A stretch of DNA of 64,000 nt, taken from NCBI GenBank assembly GCA_964035545.1, contig CAXIUT010000134.1, positions 242-64,241 on the forward strand. The letters run 5' to 3'. The notes beneath the pieces were generated by a model, which was not told the DNA's origin, searched no databases, and worked only from the letters and a program-made list of their open reading frames with translations. A program made the translations under genes and the position numbers. Positions 58,482 to 64,000 of the stretch are shown here, one piece after another (position 1 is the stretch's first letter; each line of letters opens with the position of its first letter). The stretch is from Bugula neritina. Taxonomy: Eukaryota > Animalia > Bryozoa.

Positions 58482-61400
58482 ATATAGTATCATAGTATTA
58501 GAATATATAGTATCATAGTATTAGAATATAGAGTATCATAGTATTAGAGTATAGAGTATCATAGTATTAGAATAATTATATAGTATCATAGTATTAGAAT
58601 ATATAGTATCATAGTATTAGTATATATAGTATCATAGTATTAGAATATATAGTATCATAGTATTAGAATATATAGTATCATAGTATTAGAGTATAGAGTA
58701 TCATAGTATCAGAATATATAGTATCTTAGTATTAGAGTATATAGTATCATAGTATTAGAGTATATAGTATTATAGTATTAGAATATATAGTACCATAGTA
58801 TTAGAATATATAGTATCATAGTATTAGAATATAGAGTATCATAGTATTAGAATATATAGTATCATAGTATTAGAATATAGAGTATCATAGTATTAGAATA
58901 TAGAGTATCATAGTATTAGAATAATTATATAGTATCATAGTATTAGAGTATATAGTATCATAGTATTAGAATATATAGTATCATAGTATTAGAGTATATA
59001 GTATCATAGTATTAGAATATATAGTACCATAGTATTAGAATATATAGTGTCATAGTATTAGAGTATATAGTATCATAGTATTAGAATATATAGTATCATA
59101 GTATTAGAGTATATAGTATCATAGTATTAGAGTATATAGTATCATAGTATTAGAATATATAGTATCATAGTATTACAATATAGAGTATCATAGTATTAGA
59201 ATATATAGTATCATAGTATTAGAATATATAGTATCATAGTATTAGAATATATAGTATCATAGTATTAGAGTATATAGTATCATAGTATTAGAATATATAG
59301 TATCATAGTATTAGAATATATAGTATCATAGTATTAGAATATATAGTATCATAGTATTAGAATATATAGTATCATACTATTAGAATATATAGTATCATAG
59401 TATTAGAGTATATAGTATCATAGTATTAGAATATATAGTATCATAGTATTAGAATATATAGTATCATAGTATTAGAATATATAGTATCATAGTATTAGAA
59501 TATATAGTATCATACTATTAGAATATATAGTATCATAGTATTAGAGTATATAGTATCATAGTATTAGAATATATAGTATCATAGTATTAGAATATATAGT
59601 ATCATAGTATTAGTATATATAGTATCATACTATTAGAATATATAGTATCATAGTATTAGAGTATATAGTATCATAGTATTAGAATATATAGTATCATAGT
59701 ATTAAAATATATAGTATCATAGTATTAGAATATATAGTATCATAGTATTAGAATATATAGTATCATACTATTAGAATATATAGTATCATAGTATTAGAGT
59801 ATATAGTATCATAGTATTAGAATATATAGTATCATAGTATTAGAATATATAGTATCATAGTATTAGTATATATAGTATCATAGTATTAGAATATAGAGTA
59901 TCATAGTATTAGAATATATAGTATCATAGTATTAGAATATATAGTATCATAGTATTAGAATATATAGTATCATAGTATTAGAATATATAGTATCATACTA
60001 TTAGAATATATAGTATCATAGTATTAGAGTATATAGTATCATAGTATTAGAATATATAGTATCATAGTATTAGAATATATAGTATCATAGTATTAGAATA
60101 TATAGTATCATAGTATTAGAGTATATAGTATCATAGTATTAGAATATATAGTATCATAGTATTAGAATATATAGTATCATTGTATTAGAATATATAGTAT
60201 CATAGTATTAGAATATATAGTATCATACTATTAGAATATATAGTATCATAGTATTAGAGTATATAGTATCATAGTATTAGAATATATAGTATCATAGTAT
60301 TAGAATATATAGTATCATAGTATTAGAATATATAGTATCATAGTATTAGGATATATAGTATCATACTATTAGAATATATAGTATCATAGTATTAGAGTAT
60401 ATAGTATCATAGTATTAGAATATATAGTATCATAGTATTAGAGTATATAGTATCATAGTATTAGAATATATAGTATCATAGTATTAGAATATATAGTATC
60501 ATAGTATTAGAGTATATAGTATCATAGTATTAGAATATATAGTACCATAGTATTAGAATATATAGTATCATAGTATTAGAATATATAGTATCATAGTATT
60601 AGAATATATAGTATCATAGTATTAGAGTATATAGTATCATAGTATTAGAATATATAGTATCATAGTATTAGAATATATAGTATCATAGTATTAGAATATA
60701 TAGTATCATAGTATTAGAATATATAGTATCATAGTATTAGAATATAGAGTATCATAGTATTAGAGTATATAGTATCATAGTATTAGAGTATATAGTATCA
60801 TAGTATTAGAATATATAGTATCATAGTATTAGAATATATAGTATCATAGTATTAGAATATATAGTATCATAGTATTAGAGTATATAGTATCATAGTATTA
60901 GAATATATAGTATCATAGTATTAGAATATATAGTATCATAGTATTAGAATATATAGTATCATAGTATTAGAATATATAGTATCATACTATTAGAATATAT
61001 AGTATCATAGTATTAGAGTATATAGTATCATAGTATTAGATTATATAGTATCATAGTATTAGAATATATAGTATCATAGTATTAGAATATATAGTATCAT
61101 AGTATTAGAATATATAGTATCATACTATTAGAATATATAGTATCATAGTATTAGAGTATATAGTATCATAGTATTAGAAGATATAGTATCATAGTATTAG
61201 AGTATATAGTATCATAGTATTAGAATATATAGTATCATAGTATTAGAATATATAGTATCATAGTATTAGAATATATAGTATCATAGTATTAGAATATATA
61301 GTATCATACTATTAGAATATATAGTATCATAGTATTAGAGTATATAGTATCATAGTATTAGAATATATAGTATCATAGTATTAGAATATATAGTATCATA

Positions 61401-63559
61401 GTATTAGAATATATAGTATCATAGTATTAGAATATATAGTATCATACTATTAGAATATATAGTATCATAGTATTAGAGTATATAGTATCATAGTATTAGA
61501 ATATATAGTATCATAGTATTAGAATATATAGTATCATAGTATTAGAGTATATAGTATCATAGTATTAGAATATATAGTATCATAGTATTAGAATATATAG
61601 TATCATAGTATTAGAATATATAGTATCATAGTATTAGAGTATATAGTATCATAGTATTAGAATATATAGTATCATAGTATTAGAATATATAGTATCATAG
61701 TATTAGAATATATAGTATCATAGTATTAGAATATATAGTATCATAGTATTAGAATATATAGTATCATACTATTAGAATATATAGTATCATAGTATTAGAG
61801 TATATAGTATCATAGTATTAGAATATATAGTATCATAGTATTAGAGTATATAGTATCATAGTATTAGAATATATAGTATCATAGTATTAGAATATATAGA
61901 GTATCATAGTATTAGAATATATAGAGTATCATAGTATTAGAATATATAGTATCATAGTATTAGAGTATATAGTATCATAGTATTAGAGTATATAGTATCA
62001 TAGTATTAGAATATAGAGTATCATAGTATTAGAATATATAGTATCATAGTATTAGAATATATAGTATCATAGTATTAGAGTATATAGTATCATAGTATTA
62101 GAATATATAGTATCATAGTATTAGAATATATAGTATCATAGTATTAGAATATATAGTATCATAGTATTAGAATATATAGTATCATACTATTAGAATATAT
62201 AGTATCATAGTATTAGAGTATATAGTATCATAGTATTAGAATATATAGTATCATAGTATTAGAATATATAGTATCATAGCATTAGAGTATATAGTATCAT
62301 AGTATTAGAATATATAGTATCATAGTATTAGAATATATAGTATCATAGTATTAGAATATATAGTATCATAGTATTAGAGTATATAGTATCATAGTATTAG
62401 AATATATAGTATCATAGTATTAGAATATATAGTATCATAGTATTAGAATATATAGTATCATAGTATTAGAATATATAGTATCATACTATTAGAATATATA
62501 GTATCATAGTATTAGAGTATATAGTATCATAGTATTAGAATATATAGTATCATAGTATTAGAGTATATAGTATCATAGTATTAGAGTATATAGTATCATA
62601 GTATTAGAGTATATAGTATCATAGTATTAAAATATATTGTATCATAGTATTAGAGTATATAGTATCATAGTATTAGAATATATAGTACCATAGTATTAGT
62701 ATATATAGTATCATAGTATTAGAATATATAGTATCATAGTATTAGAATATATAGTATCATAGTATTAGAATATATAGTATCATACTATTAGAATATATAG
62801 TATCATAGTATTAGAGTATATAGTATCATAGTATTAGAATATATAGTATCATAGTATTAGAATATATAGTATCATAGTATTAGAGTATATAGTATCATAG
62901 TATTAGAATATATAGTATCATAGTATTAGAATATATAGTATCATAGTATTAGAATATATAGTATCATAGTATTAGAGTATATAGTATCATAGTATTAGAA
63001 TATATAGTATCATAGTATTAGAATATATAGTATCATAGTATTAGAATATATAGTATCATAGTATTAGAATATATAGTATCATACTATTAGAATATATAGT
63101 ATCATAGTATTAGAGTATATAGTATCATAGTATTAGAATATATAGTATCATAGTATTAGAGTATATAGTATCATAGTATTAGAGTATATAGTATCATAGT
63201 ATTAGAGTATATAGTATCATAGTATTAGAATATATAGTATCATAGTATTAGAATATATAGAGTATCATAGTATTAGAATATATAGTATCATAGTATTAGA
63301 ATATATAGTATCATAGTATTAGAATATATAGTATCATAGTATTAGAATATATAGTATCATAGTATTAGAATATATAGTATCATAGTATTAGAATATATAG
63401 AGTATCATAATATTAGAATATATAGTATCATAGTATTAGAGTATATAGTATCATAGTATTAGAGTATATAGTATCATAGTATTAGAATATAGAGTATCAT
63501 AGTATTAGACTATAGAGTATCATAGTATTAGAATATATAGTATCATAGTATTAGAATAT
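58474..63559 (+). repeat. 23-bp tandem satellite array, right block (~220 monomers)
   Basis: Same monomer, orientation and variant set as the left block. Starts CTG|ATTAGAAT at 58474 and ends TTAGAATAT|CCACTAG at 63559. Confidence 0.99.
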
Positions 63560-63577
63560 CCACTAGAGTTGCCCCAC

Positions 63578-63807
63578 CTTTCGCAACACCTTGGCCTGCA
63601 CACTCTCAGAGAAAGGGTTGCTGGGATCAATGAAGACAGTGGTGTTCAGCATAGCCTCGGTGAGCTCCGGGGGTTGATAGAACGTCGTATCCACCACTGG
63701 CGTCATTCTCTGTAACATCAGATCTGATTTCACCATGTCATCCGCTCCAGCCGCCATCTCCCCGCTCTCTTCTCTCACAATGTCTAAATCATAACGCTCA
63801 TCAGTTA
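63578..63807 (-). CDS. Internal coding exon of a host gene (weak resemblance to the Bub1/BubR1 pre-kinase segment)
   Basis: Acceptor CTGTAG| (alternative in-frame GAG| at 63813) and donor AAG|GTGGGG. Open frame (V)TDERYDLDIVREESGEMAAGADDMVKSDLMLQRMTPVVDTTFYQPPELTEAMLNTTVFIDPSNPFSESVQAKVLRK. GC ~50%. Phase-compatible with the upstream exon. Product identity is only tentative. Confidence 0.65.
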
Positions 63808-63899
63808 CTACAGCTCTCTATCAGGCAGCAAAGATATGTAAACCAACGCAATGGAAGTCAACTTCACCACTAACCAGTAGGTATAAACTAGAAACTCAC

Positions 63900-64000
63900 C
63901 CAAATGGTGTTCACCCTGTTCGTCGGCAGCACACACAGCTGCGGCAGCAACAGACGTCTGCTGCCCGTCAACAGATGTCAAGTGCTCAGTTGGCTGAGAA
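63900..64000 (-). CDS. Upstream coding exon of the same host gene (partial, runs off the window)
   Basis: Perfect donor G|GTGAGT at 63900/63899. Only one frame is open (SQPTEHLTSVDGQQTSVAAAAVCAADEQGEHHL), ending in phase 1. A 92-nt intron (63808-63899) joins it in frame to the next exon. Confidence 0.65.

Noticed and set aside
58474-63559. CATAC variant as a recursive splice site on the minus strand
   Set aside because: It yields TAGTATG, not the YAG|GT (AGGT) ratchet-point motif.
63563-63778. Standalone 71-aa gene as given in the ORF track
   Set aside because: It has a GTG start and is better explained as an internal exon with splice sites at 63807 and 63578.

Overview
This is AT-rich eukaryotic, probably invertebrate, genomic DNA. 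About 43.5 kb is one 23-bp tandem satellite (GTATCATAGTATTAGAATATATA; 1-38393 and 58474-63559) with nested higher-order duplications (4087-bp and 4231-bp periods, a 22,222-bp offset copy). The array is cleanly interrupted by a 20,080-bp insertion (38394-58473). The insertion has an exact 8-bp target-site duplication (ATTAGAAT) and short imperfect terminal inverted repeats (CAGTGCATC / GATATACTG). It carries a decayed, intron-rich gene resembling the CxC3 cysteine cluster of KDZ (Kyakuja-Dileera-Zisupton) transposases, so it is most likely a giant non-autonomous KDZ/Zisupton-like DNA transposon. Its cargo includes a (CTA/CTG)n microsatellite, an RTE-like LINE fragment, an unusual drifting-hexamer tract, and a 5.3-kb foldback with ~2-kb arms that each contain a tRNA-derived unit. 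At the right end, two minus-strand exons of a host gene (weak Bub1/BubR1-like motif) are followed by a splice donor 18 bp from the satellite. The whole array plus transposon therefore appears to lie in a giant intron, oriented so that the consensus monomer on the transcribed strand has no GT or AG dinucleotide. All homology calls are by eye; no database searches were run.
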